Source of the DNA: an archaeon
GTDB taxonomy: Archaea; Iainarchaeota; Iainarchaeia; Iainarchaeales; 1-14-0-10-31-34
Assembly (NCBI GenBank): GCA_024277355.1
Contig: JAJRVL010000004.1
Location: 360,001-392,000, forward strand
Reading direction: 5' to 3'
Length of the DNA: 32,000 nucleotides
Program-made: the position numbers and the translations under genes
In this document: piece after piece, positions 1 to 8,613 of the stretch
How positions within the stretch are numbered: position 1 is the stretch's first letter
Layout of the letters: each line of letters begins with the position of its first letter
The notes under the pieces: model-generated
Told to the model about the DNA's origin: nothing
What the model saw: the letters and a program-made list of their open reading frames with translations, nothing else
Databases searched by the model: none

Positions 1-260
1 GGTTTTTTTGCTGAATCAAATAAAACTAAATGCTTGTTGTTTGAAATTAAAGGACTTAATTTATTTTTTATTTTTCCATCAACTCTATCTTTATAAATCC
101 AGTTTTCTTGTTCTTTAAATGAATAAGCAGTTGAATTAACTTTACTCTTAAAAAAAGCAACTGGTTTTTGTTTAATTCTTTTTCTTAATATTTTTTTTGG
201 TTTTTTTAAACGACTTAAATTAAATAAACTTTTTTTTGGTTTTTTAATTTTAGAAGGCAT
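1..260 (-). CDS. hypothetical protein, N-terminal part only (gene runs off the left edge)
   Basis: Absent from the ORF track because the window edge truncates it. The reverse-complement reading from ATG (260-258) stays open for 86 codons down to position 1 (MPSKIKKPKKSLFNLSRLKKPKKILRKRIKQKPVAFFKSKVNSTAYSFKEQENWIYKDRVDGK...). The N-terminus is Lys-rich and I recognise no family. Confidence 0.4.
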   Translation of the reverse strand, partial: MPSKIKKPKKSLFNLSRLKKPKKILRKRIKQKPVAFFKSKVNSTAYSFKEQENWIYKDRVDGKIKNKLSPLISNNKHLVLFDSAKK

Positions 261-297
261 AAATAAAATACTTTTTAAGAATTATTAAAATTATGCT

Positions 298-1716
298 TTA
301 AAAAAACAAAGGCAGTGCATTTAACAAAAACAAAAATAATATTCCAATTGAAAGAATTTTCATTATTAATTTTTCTTTTTGTGTTTTTTCTGTTTTCCAG
401 AAACCAAAATAAGAAGGAAAAATAACTCTTGCAATTCTTCCTCCATCAAACGGTTCCATTGGCAAAAAATTAATTACTGCAACTAATAAACTTAAAATAA
501 TAAGCCATTTAAAGAAATCAAAAAACAAGTAATACCAAAAAAGATATATTTCTTCTAAAAAAGAATAAGATTTTGAGTTAACTTCTTTTACAGTAAAACC
601 AAACTGTCCAACAGAATTAGGTTTAAGTAAAAATTCTTTTTCTTCTCCGTTTTCTTCAACCAAAAAAGAGAATTCTTCATTTAATTCTTTTCCCTGATAA
701 GCTTTAACAAAATCACCGCTTAACTGGATTTTAACTCCATTTATTTCTTTTATTTTCATTCCTTTTTTTAATACTCCCAAAGCAGGAACATCAAATTTTT
801 CTCCGCAAAAACTTAATTTATCTGAAACAGAAACAATTTCTATTCCTTCAATTGAATTTCTTTTAATTGATTCAATTGAAGGAGAAAAAGCCAAAGACAC
901 TGCAATTAAAATAATAAAAAAAACAGGAATTGAAGCTAAATTAGCCATTGGTCCAGCAGCATAAACCCTTAATTGTTTCATTGGTTCAGCTTTTCTTATT
1001 TCTTTTTCATCTGGTTCAACAAAAGCACCAATTGGAAAAAAACCAAACAACAATAAACCAGAACTTTTAATTTTAAGTTTTTCTTTTCTTGCAGTAATTC
1101 CATGAAATCCTTCATGAATAACTAAAATAATTAACAAAGAAATCCAAGCATGCAATGGAACAACCAAAGGAACATTTGGAATTTCCACTCCAGGAATTAC
1201 CGGTGCAACTCCAGGACAGGCTTTTATTCCTGTTAAAGTTTTAGTTAAAATGTCAACTGCACTTATTACTAAAGAAAAAATTACAAAACCAGCAAAACCA
1301 GTTAAAGCAAAAACAAAACTTAACAAATTTAATCCATAAAAGTTTGTGTAACCTTCAGTAATAAAACTTGAAGAAGAAAAAATTCCAAAAACAAACTCAA
1401 AAACAAAATACAAAACTAAAATTGAAATTATCCATAAACCAAATCTTTTTAGTTTATTTAATTTTTTGCCGTACAAAAAATCTATTCCAATTAAACCAAA
1501 ACCTAAAATTAATCCAAGAGAAGTCAAAAAATTAATTATTTTTTCATGATGAGCAAATTTATCAAATATTGGATTAGCTTTAGTTGTTTTATACATTGAG
1601 CCAATATAATAAGTTTTAGCTGAAGTGAATTTTTTTAATAAAAAAGTAAATATAACTGAAGCAACTAAAAATAATGTTAACCAAAAAAAGAAATTTGAAG
1701 TTAATTCTTCTAACAT
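298..1716 (-). CDS. site-2 protease family (M50) membrane zinc metalloprotease with PDZ-like insert
   Basis: 472-aa polytopic ORF. It has an HExxH motif inside a hydrophobic helix (LVIHEGFHGITA) and the second M50 motif NxxPxxxxDGG (NFLPMEPFDGG) near the C-terminus. A soluble PDZ-like segment (GMKIKEINGVKIQLSGD...) lies between them. Confidence 0.85.
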   Translation of the reverse strand: MLEELTSNFFFWLTLFLVASVIFTFLLKKFTSAKTYYIGSMYKTTKANPIFDKFAHHEKIINFLTSLGLILGFGLIGIDFLYGKKLNKLKRFGLWIISILVLYFVFEFVFGIFSSSSFITEGYTNFYGLNLLSFVFALTGFAGFVIFSLVISAVDILTKTLTGIKACPGVAPVIPGVEIPNVPLVVPLHAWISLLIILVIHEGFHGITARKEKLKIKSSGLLLFGFFPIGAFVEPDEKEIRKAEPMKQLRVYAAGPMANLASIPVFFIILIAVSLAFSPSIESIKRNSIEGIEIVSVSDKLSFCGEKFDVPALGVLKKGMKIKEINGVKIQLSGDFVKAYQGKELNEEFSFLVEENGEEKEFLLKPNSVGQFGFTVKEVNSKSYSFLEEIYLFWYYLFFDFFKWLIILSLLVAVINFLPMEPFDGGRIARVIFPSYFGFWKTEKTQKEKLIMKILSIGILFLFLLNALPLFF

Positions 1717-1748
1717 AAAATCACAAAAAAAAGTATTTAATTAATTCA

Positions 1749-1792
1749 TTTTATTTTCCAAGTTTATTGCTTTTATTTTCCAAGTTTACTGT
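1749..1792. repeat. tandem 22-nt direct repeat (2 copies, 20/22 identical) in the MBF1-to-M50 intergenic region
   Basis: TTTTATTTTCCAAGTTTATTGC (1749-1770) is followed directly by TTTTATTTTCCAAGTTTACTGT (1771-1792). Looser TTAATTTAATTAATTT and TTATTCAATTA repeats follow up to 1892. Confidence 0.7.
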
Positions 1793-1892
1793 TTTTTAAT
1801 TTAATTAATTTATTTTATCTATTTATTTTTTTATTTTTTAATTTAATTAATTTTATTTATTCAATTATTTTTTATTTTTTTATTCAATTAAT

Positions 1893-2282
1893 TTATTGTT
1901 CTCTTAAATTTATTTCCAGTTCTTTTTCTATTTTTTTTATTATTTTATCTGATGGAGTAAATTTTTCTGATTCAATTCTATGCAGAACTGAATCTTTTTC
2001 ATATAATTTCATTGCTAATTCTTTTATAGTTAAACCTTTTTTTTGTCTTGACTGCATTATTTTTTTTCCAAAACCATCAATTAATTCAACTGAACTAAAA
2101 CTTGGTTTTGAAGCAAAATTTTGTGTTCTTTGAATTCTTCTTTCATTTCTTTCAGTTCTTTCATCAGGCACTTCAATTTGTTTGCCTAAAGAAGTACAGT
2201 TTTCACAGACATCAAATTGTGTTCCGTCAATTAAAACTGTTTTTGGTTTGTCAATTTCATTCCCGCAAATTTCACAATTCAT
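1893..2282 (-). CDS. mbf1: archaeal multiprotein bridging factor 1 (zinc ribbon + XRE-type HTH)
   Basis: Track ORF trimmed to the ATG at 2282 (MNCEICGNEI...). An N-terminal CxxC...CxxC zinc ribbon (CEICGN...CENC) precedes a C-terminal helix-turn-helix (KKGLTIKELAMKLYEKDSVLHRIESEKFTP). This is the archaeal MBF1 architecture. Confidence 0.8.
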   Translation of the reverse strand: MNCEICGNEIDKPKTVLIDGTQFDVCENCTSLGKQIEVPDERTERNERRIQRTQNFASKPSFSSVELIDGFGKKIMQSRQKKGLTIKELAMKLYEKDSVLHRIESEKFTPSDKIIKKIEKELEINLREQ

Positions 2283-2355
2283 TCTATCATAAAACAATAA
2301 ATCAGTTAGGCTTTTATTGATTGCTTTTATATTAGTTTTTTTAGGAAGAGAGAAT

Positions 2356-3537
2356 ATGGCAGAAGAAAATAACACTATGGTAAGGAAAACTCCAATTTTT
2401 GATATTTATGATTATGTAACTAAATTAGAAGAACAAGTTAGATTACTTCAGACAGAAAAAAATTTAATTAAATCAAAAAACAGTCAAATGGAAATTGAAT
2501 TCCAAAAAATCAGAAAAGAATTAGAAGAAATGAGAAAACCGCCTTTAATTGTTGGAACAATCCAAGAAGTAATTAATGACACTGCAATAGTAAAAAATTC
2601 CAATGGATTAGAATTTTTAGTTGAATTTGAAAAAAAACAAGAAGGAATTAAAGCAGGAAGCAAAGTTGCAATGACTCAAAGAAGCCTTAAAGTAGTTAAA
2701 TTACTTCCGGAAACAAAAGATCCAAGAGCAAAAGCAATGGAAATAATAGAAAAACCAGATGAAAGCTTTGAAACAATAGGAGGCTTAAAAAAAGAAATAA
2801 CTGAATTAGAAGAAGCAGTTACATTGCCTTTAACTTCTCCTGAAAAATTTGAAAAATTAGGAATTGAAGCACCAAGCGGAGTATTACTTTTTGGAGAAAC
2901 CGGAACAGGAAAAACATTATTAGCTAAAGCAATAGCCAATAAAACTAATTCAACGTTCATTAAAATTACTGCATCAGAATTAGTCAGAAAATATATCGGC
3001 GAAGGAGCCGAATTAGTAAGAGATGTATTTAAGTTAGCTGAAGAAAAAAAACCTTCAATTATTTTTATTGATGAATTAGATGCAATTGGAACAACAAGAA
3101 CTGATGACACTTCAGGCGGAGACAGAGAAGTCCAAAGAACTTTAATGCAGTTATTATCTGAAATGGATGGATTCAGAAAAAGAAAAAACATTGCAATAAT
3201 TGCAGCAACAAACAGAATTGACGTAATTGATTCAGCTTTATTAAGGCCAGGAAGATTTGACCGAATGGTTGAAGTTCCTCTGCCAGATGTAAATGAAAGA
3301 GAAGAAATTTTTGCAATTCATTCAGCTTTAATGTCTTTACAAAACGTAAATTTAAGAGAATTAGCTGAATTAACTGAAAGTTCATCAGGAGCAGAAATCA
3401 AAGCCATCTGCATGGAAGCAGGAATTTTAGCTTTAAGAGAAGAAACTGATTTTATTTCACAAGAACACTTTATACAGGCAATAGAAAAAGTTATAGGAAA
3501 AGAAGAAGAAGAAAACGAAGACAAAATGTTTAGTTAG
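2356..3537 (+). CDS. pan: proteasome-activating nucleotidase (AAA+ ATPase)
   Basis: Trimmed to ATG 2356, with GGAAGAGAG just upstream. The protein has an N-terminal coiled coil and an OB-like segment (GTIQEVINDTAIVKNSNGLEFLV). It carries one AAA+ module with Walker A GETGTGKT, Walker B IIFIDELD and ATNRIDVIDSALLRPGRFDR. It ends in TAG. Confidence 0.9.
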   Translation: MAEENNTMVRKTPIFDIYDYVTKLEEQVRLLQTEKNLIKSKNSQMEIEFQKIRKELEEMRKPPLIVGTIQEVINDTAIVKNSNGLEFLVEFEKKQEGIKAGSKVAMTQRSLKVVKLLPETKDPRAKAMEIIEKPDESFETIGGLKKEITELEEAVTLPLTSPEKFEKLGIEAPSGVLLFGETGTGKTLLAKAIANKTNSTFIKITASELVRKYIGEGAELVRDVFKLAEEKKPSIIFIDELDAIGTTRTDDTSGGDREVQRTLMQLLSEMDGFRKRKNIAIIAATNRIDVIDSALLRPGRFDRMVEVPLPDVNEREEIFAIHSALMSLQNVNLRELAELTESSSGAEIKAICMEAGILALREETDFISQEHFIQAIEKVIGKEEEENEDKMFS

Positions 3538-3622
3538 CCGGTTCCATTCGGCTGTAACAGTACACAACTTCATTTCATTCAGCTCTGCTGATTATTTTAC
3601 ACACATTCAATATACCCCTCAC

Positions 3623-3679
3623 TGTACATTATCCAATACCTTCAATGCACATTATTTATATAGTTTATTGCACACTTAT
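3623..3679 (+). promoter_or_regulatory. candidate autoregulated promoter/operator of the RHH-RelE module
   Basis: Three copies of TG(Y)ACA(c)TTAT occur at 3623-3632, 3646-3655 and 3669-3679. The last two flank a TATA-like TTTATATA (3655-3662) about 35 nt upstream of the antitoxin ATG (3695). The function is inferred. Confidence 0.3.
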
Positions 3680-3694
3680 CATTTAGGTGGTTTT

Positions 3695-3931
3695 ATGAAT
3701 ATTAATTTAGGAATACCTTATGAAGCAATTGTTAGAAAAACCATAGAAAAAGGTTATGCAGGAAACCAAACTGAAGTAATCAGACAGGCTTTGATTGCTT
3801 ATGAAAGACTAATTGAAGAAGAAGAAAAAGAACTCGTTTCAAAGGCAATTAAAATAGAAATGGAAGAAGTAAAAGCAGGCAATATTAAAACAAAATCTTT
3901 TAATGCCATGAAGAAAAAGTTCAAGTGGTAA
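3695..3931 (+). CDS. type II antitoxin, ribbon-helix-helix (ParD/CopG-like)
   Basis: Trimmed to ATG 3695, which sits behind AGGTGG. The 78-aa protein begins MNINLGIPYEAIVRKTIEKGYAGNQTEVIRQALIAYERL (beta-strand then two helices) and has an acidic tail. Its stop lies 1 nt before the toxin ATG. Confidence 0.65.
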   Translation: MNINLGIPYEAIVRKTIEKGYAGNQTEVIRQALIAYERLIEEEEKELVSKAIKIEMEEVKAGNIKTKSFNAMKKKFKW

Positions 3932-3932
3932 A

Positions 3933-4193
3933 ATGGAAATAAAAATTCTTGAAACCGCTGAAAAAGAACTTGAAAAAATAGCAAATCCATTAAACAAGCG
4001 GTTTGGAAAACATATTAAAAAAATTGCTTTAAAAGAAACAAGCAGACACCTGAAACACGGTTTGCCATACTTAGCTGAAAATGTTACAAAGCAAGCAAGA
4101 ATTATTTATTACATTAAAGAAAAAACCATTTATGTAATGCATTGCTTTAAATCACACAAAGAATATGAAAGATGGTACAAATCATATAAATAA
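3933..4193 (+). CDS. type II toxin, RelE/ParE superfamily
   Basis: 86-aa protein. The C-terminal pattern ...QARIIYYIKEKTIYVMHCFKSHKEYERWY matches the RelE/ParE core (yRiiY...i.i..i.hRkeaY). It is tightly coupled to the upstream RHH gene. Confidence 0.7.
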   Translation: MEIKILETAEKELEKIANPLNKRFGKHIKKIALKETSRHLKHGLPYLAENVTKQARIIYYIKEKTIYVMHCFKSHKEYERWYKSYK

Positions 4194-4739
4194 AAAAAAC
4201 TAATTTAATTTTAAATCTAAATTCTAAATAATTCAAAAAATCTAAATTCCAACTAAAAAAATAAACCTAATTCTAAATAAAAATAATTATTTTAATTCTA
4301 AAGACACTTAATTAATTGCAATCTGAAAGATAATTTCTAAAGATATATAATAAATTATAACCTAATAAAATAAATCGATAAAGACTTCTATCAATTATAA
4401 TATTAAAAAATAACTCTAAAGAATTTTATCAATTATAATAAAAGAATGAATTAGGAGGAAAGAAAGAATTGTCTTTCCTCAATTCAAGAGAGTTGGTATT
4501 TGAATCTGGAAAAAAAAAATCGAGATAGGCTCACTATAACTTCCAAATCCAATTAACGTATTATATTGGAAGGCAAGTTATATTTAAACATAACTAATAG
4601 TTATGTATAAGCTTGTTTGGCTTATATCGTCAAATAACGAAGAAAAACAAATATAAAAACAAGCTTCAAACATATAAAACATGAAAAAGAAAATTAAAAT
4701 ATTTGAAATTTAAATAAATTAATTAATAGGGGAAAAAAT

Positions 4740-5090
4740 ATGAACAAAAATAATTCAAAGTATTCAATTAAGTTTGTTATAATTGTTTTTTTTGTTGGCT
4801 TATTTTTTGGAGTACTAATGGAATTTACTACTTTTTCACGTAATAACTATCCAATCACTATTTATGCAGCAACACAAGAAAAAAAATTTGAATGGAATCA
4901 AACAATTCAATGTAAATGGCTTGATGAACAACCGCAATATTGTTCTGCTCTTGACTGGAACGAATATTTTCCAATTTATTTTTTTGAAGGAGCTTTGGAA
5001 TCAAAAGGTTGTAGTGGATTAAATTTTGCTAGTAACTTGAATAACAAATATGCTGGCCATACGTTTAAAATTTGCTGGGTTGAAAAATAA
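4740..5090 (+). CDS. small N-terminally anchored/secreted Cys-containing protein, unknown function
   Basis: 116-aa ORF behind GGGGAAAAAATATG. It has one N-terminal hydrophobic helix (FVIIVFFVGLFFGVLM) and 4 Cys in the remainder. Confidence 0.5.
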   Translation: MNKNNSKYSIKFVIIVFFVGLFFGVLMEFTTFSRNNYPITIYAATQEKKFEWNQTIQCKWLDEQPQYCSALDWNEYFPIYFFEGALESKGCSGLNFASNLNNKYAGHTFKICWVEK

Positions 5091-5251
5091 AGACTACTTG
5101 AAAATAAAATATAAATAAGAAAAATATTTTTAAAAAAATAATCAAGGCTTAAAACAAGCAATTATTCAACCAAAAAGTTGATTTTTGTTTAACTTAACTA
5201 ATAAAAAGAAATAAAACACTAAATGCTTTATTTATTAAGGGGGGAAATTAA

Positions 5252-5665
5252 TTGACTGGGAAAATAAATAAGTTAATGATAATTATTTTTGCTTTAATTA
5301 TTTTTACTTCAATTAGTTCTGCTCAAGAAATAAATAACCTGAATATAGAATGGCAAACGCAATATAATGCTAAAATAAATTATATTGATGAAAACACTTA
5401 TGAAATAACATGGAACAATAATCCTTCAAATTCATTTATATCTAACGCATTAAGTGCAGCAAATGCTGATTCAATCTGGGTAAGCACAGCTTTAGGTTGT
5501 GAAGCATATTATTACGATGATGGAAGCGGAACAACTTATTGTGGAAAAGTATGTGGCAAACCTGCTACATGGCGCTGTACTGCAACTGGCAAACCATATA
5601 ATCCAATGGATTTGAAAACATTGTATTTGCAATGTGTGATTCTTGTTCATTTAAACAACAAGTAA
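5252..5665 (+). CDS. N-terminal fragment (signal peptide + first ~115 aa) of the interrupted surface protein
   Basis: 137-aa track ORF with a signal peptide (KLMIIIFALIIFTSISSAQE). A strong SD (AAGGGGGG) lies 6 nt upstream of the TTG start. Confidence 0.6.
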   Translation: MTGKINKLMIIIFALIIFTSISSAQEINNLNIEWQTQYNAKINYIDENTYEITWNNNPSNSFISNALSAANADSIWVSTALGCEAYYYDDGSGTTYCGKVCGKPATWRCTATGKPYNPMDLKTLYLQCVILVHLNNK

Positions 5666-6744
5666 TAAACAATTATTACAGCAGATGTAATAACCCAACT
5701 TGTTAGGGGAGTTATACTTATTCAAATTTAGTTCTTCAAAATGAAAGCGGTTATTACGCAGCAGATGACTGCAAATACACAAACAGAAATTCCTGCGGAA
5801 GCAATTCTTATTGTTCAACTGGAAGCTGTGAATGTAATGCAGGATACAGCAACTGCAATGGAAACCAAAATGACGGATGTGAAACAAACTTAAATTCAGA
5901 TAATTATAATTGCGGTTCATGCGGAAATTATTGCGGAGCAGGATATCAATGTGTTAGCGGAAGCTGTGTATTACAAGATCCTTGTGCAGGAGTAACCTGC
6001 AATAATTATTGTTCAGGAGAAACACGTTATTTTAGTGGTTATTGTTCTAGCGGAAGCTGTACAGGATACAATACAGAAAACTGCAATGCATATGACAATT
6101 ATGCCTGCAATGGAAACACAAGAGAATACCGAGATTATTATTGTTCATCTAATGGCTGTAATTATTCTGTTTCAAGTTCAATTAACTGTGATTCATTAGA
6201 CAGTTATGGGAACCTTGAATATTATTGTTCAGGCAATGACAGAAGACAACACAGAATATCATATGATTACAGTTGTTCTGGAGCTGACTGCTCTTTAATT
6301 TCCTCTAATTATGTTGACGACCAGTTAACTGAAACATGCACATATGAATGCTTAGGTTCCACTCCAAACGCTTACTGCAACAATGGTTGTTCAGGACAAC
6401 TTAATATTTCAGTTGAAGACAAACAAGGAAGCCTTTTACAAAACGCGTTAGTTTATGTTAATAATTTACTTCAGGGAACAACTGATTTACAAGGAAAATT
6501 TAGTGTTCCTACTTTAAGTAATCAATGCAATGAAATTTTTTCAATTAAAGTTGTTTCAGCTAAAGGAACTGACTGCGGAACAAAAACAACAATAATAAAC
6601 GAAGAATCAGACAAAGACTATATTTATTTTGCCTGCCAAGATCCCTTACCTCAAATAGAATTAGATACAGTTCCTGGAACCTATACTTATGTTTTAAATG
6701 AAATAATTAATTTTTCTGTTACAGCTTTTGATGAATTATCTGAA

Positions 6745-8613
6745 ATGCTTTCAAATGTTGGAATAGGAGTAGAAGACCCGCAACAAAATATTTCTTTCTG
6801 GAGCATTATTGCTTCTTTTCCATGGAATTATTCAAGTACAGCAGTTTCAACCGGCTTAACTGAATTCCAGTTCTCTGCATTCAAACAAGGCTTTGAACCA
6901 GACTACAAAAAAGTTTCAATTCAAATAGAAGACTTACCTTCAATTAAAGTTCAAGTAAAAGATTCACAAAACAATCCAATAGAAAACGCAAAAGTTTTAC
7001 TTGACAACGAATTAATAGGAACAACAAATTCTAATGGAACAAAAAACATTCCAGATTTATTAAAAGGACTTCATTCAATTGAAACACAATGCGCAAACAA
7101 TAAAACCTGCGGAACAAAAACAGTTGTCGCAGTAAGCGGAGAAAATGAAACAAACTTTACATGCAACTGCCGAGGAGATTTGTTAGTTGGGGCATTCACA
7201 GCACAAAATAATCTTCCTTTAGCAAATGCTTATGTCTTCATTGATGACATCAACAAAGGATTAACAAATCCTTCAGGATACCTTTACATAAAAAACAACC
7301 CATACGGATACCGCAACATTACTATCGGAATGAAAACAAAAACAGATGAAAACTCTGACTATGAAATAAGAAGTTCTTCTGTGTTAATTAATTTCATTGA
7401 AAACAAACAAGAAATAATATTCAACGTAGATGTAAATGAAATAACTGTGTTACAAAATTCTAGTGAAGAACAACAGCAAGAAATTCCAACAATAAACAAA
7501 ATAACAAGCCAAGACTTTAGTGAAATAATAGTTCCAGTATTAATATTATTTGGAATAGTTTATTTAAGTATTCAAGAAGCAAACTTCAAAGAAAACTGTG
7601 TTTACCCCTACAAAGAACACGGCAAATGGCCAGCACAACCATGCCAAGAAGAACTATTAACTTTAGAAACTGAATATACAATAGAAGCAGCAACCATAGG
7701 ACTCCCAATAAACAAATATCTTGGAAAATTCGCTGCATATTTTGGAAAAGGAGCAGTACAAACAATAGAAGCATTACCAAAAGGCTCAAAAGCAATTAAA
7801 TACCTTGGCAGAATTACCAAACTCATTGACAGCAAAAGAAACACATATTTACTAAAACTAAACAGAGGAATTGGCTTCAAAATAATAAACATTGGGGAAG
7901 AACTAATACAAACAGCAAACTCAATAAAAAATCCAATTATAAGACAAAAAATTGAAGAAACTGGAAACTTTATTTTTAAAATGGGGGCAAGAAATATTGG
8001 GAAAGAAGAATTCTTTTTGTATAGCAGTAAAGGAGGTAAAGATGCAGTACTAGGAGATTTAGGAGAAATATTTGGCAGACAATTAAACAATGATCTTGCA
8101 AACCAAGGAGTAGGAAGAGTTGTAAGCCAAGCAGATACTATAGACGGGCACACATTAGGAACTGTGATTTATAGAGATACAGAAGGAGTTATTAGAGAAG
8201 TTACTATCTCATTAAAAAGCAATCTTAGAAGTGTTCAATTTAAATCAGGTTTTGATAACATTGGGGAAATAGACGACCTTTTTTATTTTAGGGACGATTT
8301 AGGAACAGTTTGGCTCGACGCAAAAACAAAAAATAGTGCTTATAATATAGCTGAAGATATAGAAAAACAAGCACTAAGAAATAATCAGATACTAGAATCA
8401 CTTACAGGCAAACCTAGTCAAGGAATAATTACTGTGCCAAAAGGGACTTTATCAGAACCATTTATTTGGGGAAATAAAGGAGTAACAGTCACTTTAAAAG
8501 ACTTGGAACAAAAATATGGAGTAAGGTTTATTGAAATGGAGAATAACTATGTTGAATTAAATGAATGGTCAAACCAAATATTTAGGCTATTAGAAGGTGG
8601 AATATATGGATGA
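6745..8613 (+). CDS. C-terminal part of the interrupted surface protein: CarboxypepD_reg-like domains, one TM helix, nuclease-like C-terminal domain
   Basis: Track ORF beginning at the first ATG of a frame that is open from 5707. It contains beta-sandwich modules (IKVQVKDSQNNPIENAKVLLDNELIGTTNSNGT...; LVGAFTAQNNLPLANAYVFIDDINKGLTNPSGY...). A TM helix IIVPVLILFGIVYLSI (7525-7572) is followed by a ~345-aa domain with GDLGEIFG and GEIDD...LDAKTK. Confidence 0.7.
   Translation: MLSNVGIGVEDPQQNISFWSIIASFPWNYSSTAVSTGLTEFQFSAFKQGFEPDYKKVSIQIEDLPSIKVQVKDSQNNPIENAKVLLDNELIGTTNSNGTKNIPDLLKGLHSIETQCANNKTCGTKTVVAVSGENETNFTCNCRGDLLVGAFTAQNNLPLANAYVFIDDINKGLTNPSGYLYIKNNPYGYRNITIGMKTKTDENSDYEIRSSSVLINFIENKQEIIFNVDVNEITVLQNSSEEQQQEIPTINKITSQDFSEIIVPVLILFGIVYLSIQEANFKENCVYPYKEHGKWPAQPCQEELLTLETEYTIEAATIGLPINKYLGKFAAYFGKGAVQTIEALPKGSKAIKYLGRITKLIDSKRNTYLLKLNRGIGFKIINIGEELIQTANSIKNPIIRQKIEETGNFIFKMGARNIGKEEFFLYSSKGGKDAVLGDLGEIFGRQLNNDLANQGVGRVVSQADTIDGHTLGTVIYRDTEGVIREVTISLKSNLRSVQFKSGFDNIGEIDDLFYFRDDLGTVWLDAKTKNSAYNIAEDIEKQALRNNQILESLTGKPSQGIITVPKGTLSEPFIWGNKGVTVTLKDLEQKYGVRFIEMENNYVELNEWSNQIFRLLEGGIYG

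Larger units (their letters stand above)
5252..8613 (+). pseudogene. large secreted Cys-rich / CarboxypepD_reg-like repeat surface protein, interrupted by a frame change (5602-5665) and an in-frame TAG (5704-5706)
   Basis: The signal-peptide ORF (TTG 5252 behind AAGGGGGG) stops at 5665. The frame with position mod 3 = 1 is open over 5602-5703, hits TAG at 5704, then is open over 5707-8613. Over 5707-6744 that frame has no ATG/GTG/TTG yet translates to clearly protein-like Cys-rich sequence. Confidence 0.55.

Noticed and set aside
2102-3524. Track ORFs 2102-2320(+), 2676-3191(-), 3173-3385(-) and 3318-3524(-), which overlap MBF1 and PAN
   Set aside because: They lie entirely inside two genes with strong family signatures. 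Their translations are low-complexity Leu/Phe/Ser-rich, typical of off-frame or antisense readings of A-rich coding DNA.
3536-3553. Hairpin AGCCG-N8-CGGCT overlapping the PAN stop codon as a terminator
   Set aside because: It has only a 5-bp stem and is not followed by an oligo-T tract, so I did not call it as a terminator. It is mentioned under the TA leader finding.
5651-5920. 89-aa minus-strand ORF across the gap between the two plus-strand surface-protein ORFs
   Set aside because: The plus strand here translates into the Cys-rich repeat sequence that continues seamlessly into 6745-8613. The minus-strand product (MNRNYNYLNLSLFHIRHFGFHCSCC...) looks like an antisense artefact.
7586-8153. 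Minus-strand ORFs 7586-7795 and 7608-8153
   Set aside because: They are antisense to the well-supported C-terminal domain of the surface protein. They have no SD and no recognisable motifs.
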